This document shows, piece by piece, positions 10,520 to 18,934 of a stretch of DNA of 64,000 nucleotides. Source of the stretch: a virus. Its lineage: Duplodnaviria > Caudoviricetes. The position numbers were made by a program, and so were the translations under genes. Positions within the stretch are counted from its first letter, which is position 1, and every line of letters begins with the position of its first letter. Under the pieces are notes generated by a model. The model was not told the origin of the DNA. It did not search any database and saw only the letters and a list, made by a program, of their open reading frames with translations. The stretch is from IMG/VR virus record IMGVR_UViG_3300020452_000320, positions 1,641 through 65,640 of that record, one strand, 5' to 3'.

Positions 10520-10722
10520 TCTTTTATACCCATACGTTCCAAGTATTGTGGATATAAATCTGGATTTCCAGTGCCGCCAGTACCATCTGCTCCAAAATTA
10601 CATCTTGCAACAATCAATAGAAACAGTATACTTCCATAAGCTATATATTTACTAAATTTAATAAATCCAACATACGCTTCTTCTGCTTGTTTCTGTGCAA
10701 CTTCTTTTACATCATTACTCAT
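10516..10722 (-). CDS. Small single-TM protein resembling aa3-type cytochrome c oxidase subunit IV
   Basis: QAEEAYVGFIKFSKY followed by a hydrophobic helix; ATGA overlaps with both neighbours. Confidence 0.45.
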   Translation of the reverse strand: MSNDVKEVAQKQAEEAYVGFIKFSKYIAYGSILFLLIVARCNFGADGTGGTGNPDLYPQYLERMGIKE

Positions 10723-11657
10723 TTGAACCTCACTTGTGACATTATCTCAATCATAAATGCAAGCATATTAATCTCTTGATCTGCAACAAAGGCTGACTTG
10801 TAAGAATAATCTGCAACTGCAAGAACCATATGTGGAACTGTATTGGGATCAATTTCATCATATAATGTATCATAAACTTTTCGATACATTCTTGATGGAT
10901 CATTATCCAGATTATTTGCAACCCATTTACGTATGGATTTAAAATCTTTATCTTTTAGAAAAGATACCAGATCTCTCATGTTTGTTTCTGATATGTTTAC
11001 TAGAATACCAGAATCAATTGTTCCAGATGCAGAATATCTTTGTAGTTCATTTAGAACTCTTCTCCAATCTGGAAAATATTTTTCAACAACACCAGCAACA
11101 GCCTTTGGTTCAAACTGAACATTCTCTTGTGTCAGAATAGTAGTAACTCTTTTAAAGAACTCATTAGCAAGTATTGGTTTTTGAGATTTTGGAATACGAA
11201 ATTCGATTCCAGAACATCTACTGTGTAGTGGTTCTATAATACGATTCTTAAAGTTACAAGTAAGAATAAATCCACAATTTTTATGAAACTCTTCTATAAA
11301 CCCACGTAAAGCAGGTTGAGTTGATTGTGGATTTAGATAGTCAGCCTCATCTAGAATTACGAACTTTCTTTTACCATCCATAGAAACAGTTGAGGCAAAG
11401 TTTTTGATTTTATTCCTAAGAACATCAATACCAGACTCTTCAGAACCATTTATCATCATGTAGGTTGCATCTAGTTCTTTCAACATTGCTTTTGCAATTG
11501 TTGTTTTCCCTACACCAGGCCCACCAGACAATAGTAAATTGGGAACATGACCCTCATTTACAAATGTTTGAAAAGTTGTTTTAAGATCATCTGTAAGAAT
11601 ACAATCACTTATCTTGGATGGACGATACTTCTCCACCCACAAAATCACATCATTCAT
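10719..11657 (-). CDS. gp44: Clamp loader large subunit (T4 gp44)
   Basis: LWVEKYRP, GGPGVGKTT, ILDEADYL, PLHSRC. Confidence 0.96.
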   Translation of the reverse strand: MNDVILWVEKYRPSKISDCILTDDLKTTFQTFVNEGHVPNLLLSGGPGVGKTTIAKAMLKELDATYMMINGSEESGIDVLRNKIKNFASTVSMDGKRKFVILDEADYLNPQSTQPALRGFIEEFHKNCGFILTCNFKNRIIEPLHSRCSGIEFRIPKSQKPILANEFFKRVTTILTQENVQFEPKAVAGVVEKYFPDWRRVLNELQRYSASGTIDSGILVNISETNMRDLVSFLKDKDFKSIRKWVANNLDNDPSRMYRKVYDTLYDEIDPNTVPHMVLAVADYSYKSAFVADQEINMLAFMIEIMSQVRFK

Positions 11658-11672
11658 TATATACTCCTAAAC

Positions 11673-11756
11673 TTAAAATAAACTAACAGTAACAGTTACT
11701 AATGTCAATACAATAATTGCAACTAACAATAGTATAACTGGAAATTTATTAAGCAT
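11673..11756 (-). CDS. 27-aa hydrophobic membrane micropeptide (not in the ORF track)
   Basis: MLNKFPVILLLVAIIVLTLVTVTVSLF*; TAATG coupling with the gp45 stop; fills the intergenic gap. Confidence 0.55.
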   Translation of the reverse strand: MLNKFPVILLLVAIIVLTLVTVTVSLF

Positions 11757-12415
11757 TAGGAGGCCTCAAGGGCGATAAAATATTCTACATCTTTCGATAT
11801 GTTTTTGAAATGTGATATTCCTTTGTTGGAAACTTGTACGTTATAGTCACCACTTAGAAGTTTTAGATTTTCAACTTTGAAAAAGTGTGAAAAAGTACTT
11901 GATGAATTTTCACCAACCTTCATACTAAAATCATTTGATGTATCATTCTTTCGATCTGTTACAACAAGATTAACATCACCACCAGCAGTACCTTTTACTT
12001 CAACATCTGGTGTACCAAGAACAGCTGATGCTTTCATAATTTGATTAAAAGTATCTTGTGTAAATGTAAACTCAACATCTACAGAAGGCATAGTTATATC
12101 TGTCTTTGGTGATGTAACAATAGATGGATCACTAAAGAAATAGTTAAGAGAACTTCCACCACCCTCTTCATCTAACTTTACACTTTTATCTGAAAAGTTA
12201 AGTGATGGTTTTTTAAATAAAGAAAGTGCAGATAAAAATTCATTCAAATCATATATCGCAAATTCATTTTGAAACGTGTCTGGTATTGTTGCTTTTGCAA
12301 CAATGTTTTTCATTGCAGACATTGTTCCAATCACATTACCACTATTAACCATTAGATTTTGATTAATAGAGGAGAAGTTCTTTAAAACTTCTTTTGTATC
12401 ATTACTAAGATTCAT
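11756..12415 (-). CDS. gp45: Sliding clamp (T4 gp45)
   Basis: LKNFSSINQN, FAIYDLNEFL, FKVENLKLL, YFIALE; AAGGAG 5 nt before the ATG at 12415. Confidence 0.94.
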   Translation of the reverse strand: MNLSNDTKEVLKNFSSINQNLMVNSGNVIGTMSAMKNIVAKATIPDTFQNEFAIYDLNEFLSALSLFKKPSLNFSDKSVKLDEEGGGSSLNYFFSDPSIVTSPKTDITMPSVDVEFTFTQDTFNQIMKASAVLGTPDVEVKGTAGGDVNLVVTDRKNDTSNDFSMKVGENSSSTFSHFFKVENLKLLSGDYNVQVSNKGISHFKNISKDVEYFIALEAS

Positions 12416-12417
12416 GT

Positions 12418-12693
12418 TCACTCCTTATATTTGTCATGATTATAGATTGCCATTATACCATAATGTACTATTTTAAACAAGTCATTTCTATTTCGTCCTT
12501 GTTTTTTTCCATATCGTTGTGCGTATTTCATCACATTTCCGATACAAAAACCTTCGCCATGGCCGCTGTCCATGATAAACTCTGATGCCTGAAATTTATT
12601 TTGGGAATAATGAGCTTCATATGTTTTATCTACATATGTTTTTAATTCATTAAGAATTTGTTCTTCATTATAACAATATTGTGGTTTTTTCAT
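12418..12693 (-). CDS. DUF3310-like protein (putative nucleotide kinase family)
   Basis: HYSQNKFQASEFI...GFCIGNVMKYAQRYGKK...DLFKIVHY; start placed at MKKPQY, downstream of the promoter. Confidence 0.65.
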   Translation of the reverse strand: MKKPQYCYNEEQILNELKTYVDKTYEAHYSQNKFQASEFIMDSGHGEGFCIGNVMKYAQRYGKKQGRNRNDLFKIVHYGIMAIYNHDKYKE

Positions 12694-12718
12694 AATATAA
12701 ATCTCTCCATTTTCACAT

Positions 12719-12747
12719 ACTATAACATAAAAAAGTGCCTCTGTCAA
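12719..12747 (-). promoter_or_regulatory. Sigma70-type promoter for the DUF3310-gp45 operon
   Basis: TTGACA-17 nt-TATAGT. Confidence 0.7.
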
Positions 12748-12757
12748 GAGGCACTTT
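12729..12757 (-). terminator. Intrinsic terminator after hsp20
   Basis: AAAGTGCCTC-TTGACA-GAGGCACTTT stem running into a T6 tract. Confidence 0.75.
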
Positions 12758-12767
12758 CAGATAACAA

Positions 12768-13214
12768 TTACTTGATATCAATTAAACGAGGTTTCTTTTC
12801 CTCTGGTATTACTCTTTCTAATTTAATAGAAAGCATACCATCTTTTAATGAACCACCATTTACAACAATATCATCTGCAAGAGTAAATTTTCTTGTAAAG
12901 TTTCTTGTTGCAATACCACGATAAAGTTTATCATCTTCATCTTTTGATTCTTTAATAGATTTAATTGATAAGACGCCTTCTGCAATTTCTACCTCAATAT
13001 CATCTTTACTATATCCAGCCAAGGCCATTTCAATAGTAAAGTTGTAGTCACCATCTTTTATAATATTGTAAGGTGGAAAACCTGTTGATTCTGCTTGATG
13101 ATTTGCATAATCCCACAATCTATCAAATTGTCGGTCAAATCCAACTGCATAAGGTGTTAAGTGATTTACGTCAAACGCTTGAAGTGCGTTTCTAAAAGTG
13201 CTTAAGTTTGTCAT
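12768..13214 (-). CDS. hsp20: Small heat shock protein (Hsp20/IbpA family)
   Basis: GFDRQFDRL, FPPYNI, IEMALAGY, LYRGIATRNFTRKFTLAD, DGMLSIKL, PRLIDIK. Confidence 0.95.
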   Translation of the reverse strand: MTNLSTFRNALQAFDVNHLTPYAVGFDRQFDRLWDYANHQAESTGFPPYNIIKDGDYNFTIEMALAGYSKDDIEVEIAEGVLSIKSIKESKDEDDKLYRGIATRNFTRKFTLADDIVVNGGSLKDGMLSIKLERVIPEEKKPRLIDIK

Positions 13215-13218
13215 TGCT

Positions 13219-13270
13219 ATCTCCTTTATTAAGCAAGATTAATGCGATAGACCTATAAAGCATCTATCAC
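13219..13270 (-). promoter_or_regulatory. ROSE-like RNA thermometer in the hsp20 5'UTR
   Basis: AUCUUGCUU-AAUA-AAGGAGAU hairpin: UUGCU pairs with the SD with a bulged G; upstream GAUAGA/UCUAUC hairpin. Confidence 0.7.
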
Positions 13271-13273
13271 TAT

Positions 13274-13305
13274 TATTTATATAGGGATTAACTTAGAAAA
13301 GTCAA
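13274..13305 (-). promoter_or_regulatory. hsp20 promoter: RpoH-like TTG-N17-CCTATAT overlapping a T4 late TATAAATA
   Basis: Minus strand reads GTTGACTTTTCTAAGTTAATCCCTATATAAATA. Confidence 0.6.
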
Positions 13306-13324
13306 CCCCTATACAAAACTTTTT

Positions 13325-14746
13325 TTAATTATCTAAATAGAATAACTTAGCAGTTTGGATTGAAGAAACATACTTATCCTTAAATATTGAAACTGCCTTC
13401 TTGTGCATATTAGTACCAGGCAAAACAACATTAATAGTATTTGCCTCCAATACTTCATTTTTTTCTTCATCAGTTAATGTTTTCATGTAATTTGAAAGGT
13501 CGTACTCGTACTTGTTTGCAAACTCATCTTTATCAATTCCAGTGTTTAACCTCACTAACCTCCCTAAAGTTTGAATTGCAAATTCAGTAATTGCCTCTCC
13601 TAAAGAATTTTTCTTATTTTGAGGCTTGAATGAAAACAAAGTCTTTAAAGTAAAGATGTTCATACCCATCTTTCCTTTCTGAACAACAATAACAATCTTT
13701 AAGGGGTCATTATTATCATTCAACTTCTTCTTAATTTCATCTTCATCTAACTTCTGAAAAGAATCATTTATTGAATAAACTCCAGTTTCATTCTTTTCGC
13801 CAGTCATTAATGCAATTACCATTTCATCTTCACCGACTAAAGATTGTGAATGTAGAGCATTTTTAGTAATATGCAATACATAAGATTTATCATAGCCAGT
13901 TGATGCATTGTAATTACCAACAGAAACCATCATAGTCTTTTTAATCTTGGTAGGTGCAAGAAAAGTTTTAGTAATCGTATCTTCATATAATGAGTTGATA
14001 TGAAACTTATCAGTTGAAAAATTATAATCGTAAAAAATCTCCTCGCCAAAGTAAGCAACCTTAGGCAACATAACCTTTTTAGAAGGCAACTCATTGATAA
14101 CTTCAAATGTCATATTACCAATAGTTTTAACATTCCCAAACTGTTCTGCATTAGGAGTTGCAGTTAAACCAAAGATATAAGGTGAATGGAAAGACAAAAC
14201 ATCTAAATTTTTAAACATAGTTGCTTCATAGGTAGTATTTGAAGAACCATTTACATCCTTATAATTATTTACATCAGAAACTAACCAAGTATGAGCCTCA
14301 TCAATAAAAATTGAAAAGATCTTACCAGAGTTCTTTAAATAATTAATAAACTCCTTACCCTTTTCAGAAACAATAAATGCTTGATGTGTGGTCAATAAAA
14401 CAACTTTCATACCAAGTTCAGCATCATGAAGTGCCTGCTTAACATTATCAACAACTGATACCCCCAAAACCTTGAAAGCAATCTTTTTAAAATCATCCTT
14501 ATCTAAAATTTCTGTAGTAGGAACTGAAACAACAAAGATATCAACATTTTTTTCTTTTGCAAGATAGGGAATAAAAACCTTTGCAGTAGAATAAGTCTTA
14601 CCTTGGCCAGTAACACCAGTTAAAATCTTCATCACACCAGTTGTATGAACAAAATCTTTATCATTGACCTTATTCATAAAAGGAGAAATCAAATAATCAT
14701 TTGCATTCTTCTTATATTCATTCATATTAACAACATTTTCTATCAT
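13325..14746 (-). CDS. SF2 helicase-like ATPase (ResIII/DEAH-like)
   Basis: GVTGQGKT Walker A, IFIDEAH, GLTATP motif III, QTLGRLVR motif VI. Confidence 0.75.
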   Translation of the reverse strand: MIENVVNMNEYKKNANDYLISPFMNKVNDKDFVHTTGVMKILTGVTGQGKTYSTAKVFIPYLAKEKNVDIFVVSVPTTEILDKDDFKKIAFKVLGVSVVDNVKQALHDAELGMKVVLLTTHQAFIVSEKGKEFINYLKNSGKIFSIFIDEAHTWLVSDVNNYKDVNGSSNTTYEATMFKNLDVLSFHSPYIFGLTATPNAEQFGNVKTIGNMTFEVINELPSKKVMLPKVAYFGEEIFYDYNFSTDKFHINSLYEDTITKTFLAPTKIKKTMMVSVGNYNASTGYDKSYVLHITKNALHSQSLVGEDEMVIALMTGEKNETGVYSINDSFQKLDEDEIKKKLNDNNDPLKIVIVVQKGKMGMNIFTLKTLFSFKPQNKKNSLGEAITEFAIQTLGRLVRLNTGIDKDEFANKYEYDLSNYMKTLTDEEKNEVLEANTINVVLPGTNMHKKAVSIFKDKYVSSIQTAKLFYLDN

Positions 14747-14776
14747 AACGAATCACTTTCTTTTAACTATACTATA

Positions 14777-14805
14777 ATTATAGATGTTTTCATAACAAAT
14801 GTCAA
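14777..14805 (-). promoter_or_regulatory. Consensus sigma70 (early) promoter
   Basis: TTGACA-17 nt-TATAAT, perfect consensus. Confidence 0.85.
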
Positions 14806-14816
14806 GTATTATTTTT

Positions 14817-14843
14817 AAAAAAGTGGGGGATTTCTCCCCCATT
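14817..14843 (-). terminator. Intrinsic terminator after the DUF932 gene
   Basis: TGGGGGA-GAAA-TCCCCCA stem followed by C and T6. Confidence 0.8.
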
Positions 14844-14846
14844 ATT

Positions 14847-15797
14847 TTAAACTTTTTCTGCGTACTCAAGAGCCTTATCTAGAGCCTTTAGTTTAACTTT
14901 TCTGTTTCTACCATACCATGCAGAGGTTAACCTACCATCAGTACTTCTACCTTGTAAGTGATCTGTCATATGAGTTACAGAATTAAATGCCTGCCACCAT
15001 GAACCTTCTGCAAAATTAGCACCAGGCTGTTCTTGTAAATTTTCATGAGCAATTTTTGCATTTCTAGAAGTAAATTCTTTACCATCAACTTTTGTAGGCG
15101 AACCAAATACTTCATTGAAGTAGTTTACTACATTATCTGCACTGTATCTTTTAGATCCAAGAAACTCAGCCATTGACTTATACTGTTCCATCTTTTCTCT
15201 TGCAATACCCATTTGTTCTTTAACTTCTTCTACATCAAATTCTTTTCTGTGATTAACAGTAACCATATTATCAGAATCTGTAGACAATGATAAAGTTAAA
15301 GTATTATTACAAACAACACGAATTGGTGTCATTCTAATATTGATTGCTTTTCCAAACTGATGTGGATTAGTAAACAGAAAGTAATTCTCTGTAACATCAC
15401 CCTTAAACAACTCAAAAGATTCGTTTGTTTTTGCAAGTGCCCAAACTAACTGACCATCTTTTAGTGATCCTGCTGTGTGCATTTCCATATCACCAGCCAT
15501 TACATACTCTTGGAAAAAGTCAAATGCGTCAGAGTTTTGAACTGGATTCCAACCAGAACCTACAGTATCTAAAACTTTATTATCAGATGAACGAACTAGT
15601 GCTTGTTTATTAGGCACTTTAATACCATTGACAGTAAACATATCTTGTTTTTCAACTGTCCAATCTAGTCCAGCAACTTTTTGGAATTGGTCTGGTGTAA
15701 TATCAGCTTCTACTTTAGTACCAAGACCATGCCATGGCAATTCACCAACATATGCCATTTGAGCTTTTCCATTTATCATTTCTAATTCATGAGCCAT
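14847..15797 (-). CDS. DUF932 family protein (phage/plasmid TIGR03299-like)
   Basis: MAHELE...PWHGLG, AGLDWTVEK, PVQNSDAFDFF, TAGSLKDG, TPIRVVCNNTL. Confidence 0.85.
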   Translation of the reverse strand: MAHELEMINGKAQMAYVGELPWHGLGTKVEADITPDQFQKVAGLDWTVEKQDMFTVNGIKVPNKQALVRSSDNKVLDTVGSGWNPVQNSDAFDFFQEYVMAGDMEMHTAGSLKDGQLVWALAKTNESFELFKGDVTENYFLFTNPHQFGKAINIRMTPIRVVCNNTLTLSLSTDSDNMVTVNHRKEFDVEEVKEQMGIAREKMEQYKSMAEFLGSKRYSADNVVNYFNEVFGSPTKVDGKEFTSRNAKIAHENLQEQPGANFAEGSWWQAFNSVTHMTDHLQGRSTDGRLTSAWYGRNRKVKLKALDKALEYAEKV

Positions 15798-15834
15798 TAT
15801 CTATATTTTCCTTTATTCAATTGATTATAGAATC

Positions 15835-15863
15835 ACTATATCATGTTCTAATAACATTGTCAA
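15835..15863 (-). promoter_or_regulatory. Sigma70 (early) promoter for the DUF932 gene
   Basis: TTGACA-17 nt-TATAGT. Confidence 0.8.
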
Positions 15864-15882
15864 TATGTTTTTAAAACTAATT

Positions 15883-17244
15883 TCAAGAGAAAAATTCCAT
15901 TAAAGGTGCAGTAACTTTAATTCTTGATTGTGCAATTTCAAAATACTCTTCTTCTTTTTCTATACCGATAAAATCAAAACCCTCATCTTTTGCAGCCATT
16001 CCTGTAGAACCACTTCCCATAAAAGGATCAAGAACTGTACCACCTTTTGGTGTAACTAATCGACAAAGATATTTCATCAGTTCGATTGGTTTTACTGTAG
16101 GGTGTACATTCTTTCTTTCGGTTGTAGGTTTAGTATCACCACTATCTAGTCCTTTGTTCCTTTCCTCTTTTGATACTTTTGGACAATAGAAATATCTTGA
16201 TGCAGAACCAGAATCACGATAGTCATGTGTTTCTCTACCATCACTCATACCCCATAATGGTTCACTATTACCACCTCTTTTTGGATTATTGGTATTTCCT
16301 ATTCTTGCACTAGTAGTTTCTGGAAATATATCTTGCACTACATCACTACCATCATGCATTACATTAGCAGGAAATCTACCAAAATTATTCTCTTTTATTT
16401 CTTTTCTTTCAATGGGTCTATCCCTATCTTGTCCAAAACTTAATTTGTCTAATCCACCCCTTGCAAGAGCTTCTTTTGCGACATCTCTAAATGATGGATT
16501 TGTTGGTGGTCTTTTTACTTCACCCTCTATTCTACATTCATCAATATTAATACCACCAGTTCCATGTTTTAATACATTTTCTGCAATAGATTTTTCTGAT
16601 ATCGGTTTTCTTGCCATTACGATTGGTTCGTGTGCAGGCTTAAGGTGTGTTCCCCAACCATCCCAATCTCTACCATCTTCAGTTTCAAAATCATATTCTT
16701 TTGTTTTTTTAGTTCTATAAAAAGTATCAATATCATTTCTGGTATTACCTTCAATTTTTTCTCTTTTTACACCATGCATTTCAGAAGAACTATCTTTTGT
16801 TCCATGACGAACTCCTCTATGAATTTTATCTATATTTTTTCCAATATTCATACTTTTTGGAAATCCACTTCCATATATCCACATAATCTGGTCACGAATT
16901 TCAAAACCAGCATCTTCTACAGCAACTGCCATTCTATGATACGTTCTACTACCAGAAAATGCAAGCAGATGACCACCTGGCTTTAGAAGTTTATATGCGA
17001 GTTCCCAAGTTTCTTGACGAAATGCAATATCTCCACCATCCCATTCTTTACCCATAAAACCTTTTGATGCTCTTGCAAATGCACCATCAGTTCCTTCTTG
17101 TGCTGGTGCAGAACCTTCTTTACCAAATCTTTCTACAATAGATGTAAGATGATAGGGTGGGTCTGTAACTACAGAGTCTACTTGTACACCATCATCAATT
17201 AATCTTTGCATTTCTTCAATGCAATCTCCATTAAGTAACAACAT
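15883..17244 (-). CDS. N6-adenine/N4-cytosine DNA methyltransferase (beta class)
   Basis: VTDPPY near the N-terminus; HPTVKP and VLDPFMGSGSTG near the C-terminus; likely start MLLLNGDC at 17244. Confidence 0.9.
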   Translation of the reverse strand: MLLLNGDCIEEMQRLIDDGVQVDSVVTDPPYHLTSIVERFGKEGSAPAQEGTDGAFARASKGFMGKEWDGGDIAFRQETWELAYKLLKPGGHLLAFSGSRTYHRMAVAVEDAGFEIRDQIMWIYGSGFPKSMNIGKNIDKIHRGVRHGTKDSSSEMHGVKREKIEGNTRNDIDTFYRTKKTKEYDFETEDGRDWDGWGTHLKPAHEPIVMARKPISEKSIAENVLKHGTGGINIDECRIEGEVKRPPTNPSFRDVAKEALARGGLDKLSFGQDRDRPIERKEIKENNFGRFPANVMHDGSDVVQDIFPETTSARIGNTNNPKRGGNSEPLWGMSDGRETHDYRDSGSASRYFYCPKVSKEERNKGLDSGDTKPTTERKNVHPTVKPIELMKYLCRLVTPKGGTVLDPFMGSGSTGMAAKDEGFDFIGIEKEEEYFEIAQSRIKVTAPLMEFFS

Positions 17245-18934
17245 GACTAAAATTCCTATTCTTTTCAAATTTAATTGTGCTTCTGAATTTATCGTATAAT
17301 ATATCTTGTTTATGAGATATGACAAATACATTCTGGTCACTAAATGTATTCAGTATCTTCAGAAAATCATCTGTACCAGTTGTATCTAATGAACTATCAA
17401 ATATTTCATCTAGTATAAGTAGATTAGTATTTGTAGAGTTTTTCATCTTTGCAACAGCTCTCCAAGTAAACAATAATGCAAGATCTATTCTCATCTTTTC
17501 ACCCTCTGAAAATGATGCATAAGAAAATTCATCTCTAAATCTTGACTTGATTGTTTCGTTAAAGTTTTCATCAATATTAAAGTTAACATAAAAATCCATA
17601 CTAGAAAGATAAGTATTTACCAACTTATTCATAATAGGTAAGTATTGTTTTACAATCTTTGTTTTAATACCACTATCTTGTAGTAACTCTCTTGCAACAT
17701 CAATATAAAACTTATCTTCTTTAAGTTTCATCTTTTGTTCTTCTATGTGTTCTAATCTACCTTTTAGTTTTGCAAGTTTTTCTTTATCTTCTTCTGATAT
17801 AGAACTAGAATTATAATCATTAATATCTTTTTGTAACTTCTTATTGAACTTGACTAATTCACTAATACTAGATTTTATCTTTGCAATCTCTACATCATAA
17901 GATCTAGCCTCTTCCAGTTTAGATAATATTGTATCCAGTTCACTTTGTTCTTTATTTTCTAATTTAGATATTTCTTCTATTGCTTTTGTTATCTCATCAA
18001 TCTTATCTTTTCTACTATTGATTTGATTTGTTTTCGTAACATCTGTTATTGTTTGTTCACAAGTAGGACATATATCATTTTGATTAAAAAACTCTATTTG
18101 TTTTTCATGGTCAGACTTTTTATTTGTAAGTGCAGCTTCTGTTTTACTAAGTTTCTTTAGTTTATTTTCTATAATATCTTTACCAGATAATTCTAATTGA
18201 AAAATTTTAGTATTATAAGTTTCTAAATCCACTTCTTTCATTTTTATAGATTGATTGTTAGTATCAAGTTGTTGTATGTTTTCTGATACAATATTAGATT
18301 TACTATCACTTACTTCTGTAATAAATCTTTCCTGTAATCTTATCTTTTCTTTAGTAAGTTCGTGTTCATTATCTACAGTTCTTGATTCTTCGGTCAACTC
18401 TTTATTTTTATTCTTCAATAAAAAATTCATCAAAGAGAATATTTTTATATCTAGTATATCTTCTACAACTTCTCTACGAGCCTTTGTTGATAGTTGCATA
18501 AATGGAACAAAGGTTGAACTGCCAAGTATAACAACTTGTGTAAAAGATCTATAGTTCAATCCTAGTATTTGTTGTTCTAAATGTTTCTGATAATCTCTTG
18601 CATTTGCATCTTGATTAATCATATTATCATCTATATAGACTTCAAACTTAGTAGGTTTGATACCACGAACAACACGAACACTTTTCTTACCGATACTAAA
18701 TTCTACTTGTACTTCTGTACCACCATTGTTTATAGAATTTACAAGCTGTCCTTTTGATATATTACGAAATGGTTTATTGAATAATCCAAAACATAATGCG
18801 TCAAGAATAGTAGATTTACCAGAACCATTCTCCCCAATTATAAGTGTAGAGTGATTTTCGTTTAATGTAATTTCGGTAAAGTTATTACCAGTAGATAGAA
18901 AGTTTTTCCATCTGGCCTTTTCAAATGTTATCAT
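17231..18934 (-). CDS. gp46: Rad50/SbcC-like recombination ATPase (T4 gp46)
   Basis: GENGSGKST, CPTC zinc hook, FSEGEKMRID, ILDEIFDSSLD. Confidence 0.96.
   Translation of the reverse strand: MITFEKARWKNFLSTGNNFTEITLNENHSTLIIGENGSGKSTILDALCFGLFNKPFRNISKGQLVNSINNGGTEVQVEFSIGKKSVRVVRGIKPTKFEVYIDDNMINQDANARDYQKHLEQQILGLNYRSFTQVVILGSSTFVPFMQLSTKARREVVEDILDIKIFSLMNFLLKNKNKELTEESRTVDNEHELTKEKIRLQERFITEVSDSKSNIVSENIQQLDTNNQSIKMKEVDLETYNTKIFQLELSGKDIIENKLKKLSKTEAALTNKKSDHEKQIEFFNQNDICPTCEQTITDVTKTNQINSRKDKIDEITKAIEEISKLENKEQSELDTILSKLEEARSYDVEIAKIKSSISELVKFNKKLQKDINDYNSSSISEEDKEKLAKLKGRLEHIEEQKMKLKEDKFYIDVARELLQDSGIKTKIVKQYLPIMNKLVNTYLSSMDFYVNFNIDENFNETIKSRFRDEFSYASFSEGEKMRIDLALLFTWRAVAKMKNSTNTNLLILDEIFDSSLDTTGTDDFLKILNTFSDQNVFVISHKQDILYDKFRSTIKFEKNRNFSHVVT

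Noticed and set aside
12694-12747. Extended start of the DUF3310-like ORF
   Set aside because: It runs through the promoter/terminator element; the ATG at 12693 is more plausible
13325-17244. Type III restriction-modification system (Res plus Mod)
   Set aside because: The genes are separated by DUF932, promoters and a terminator, and the ATPase is short with no evident nuclease domain
17245-17340. N-terminal extension of the methyltransferase ORF
   Set aside because: It overlaps gp46 extensively; the family-typical start is MLLLNGDC at 17244
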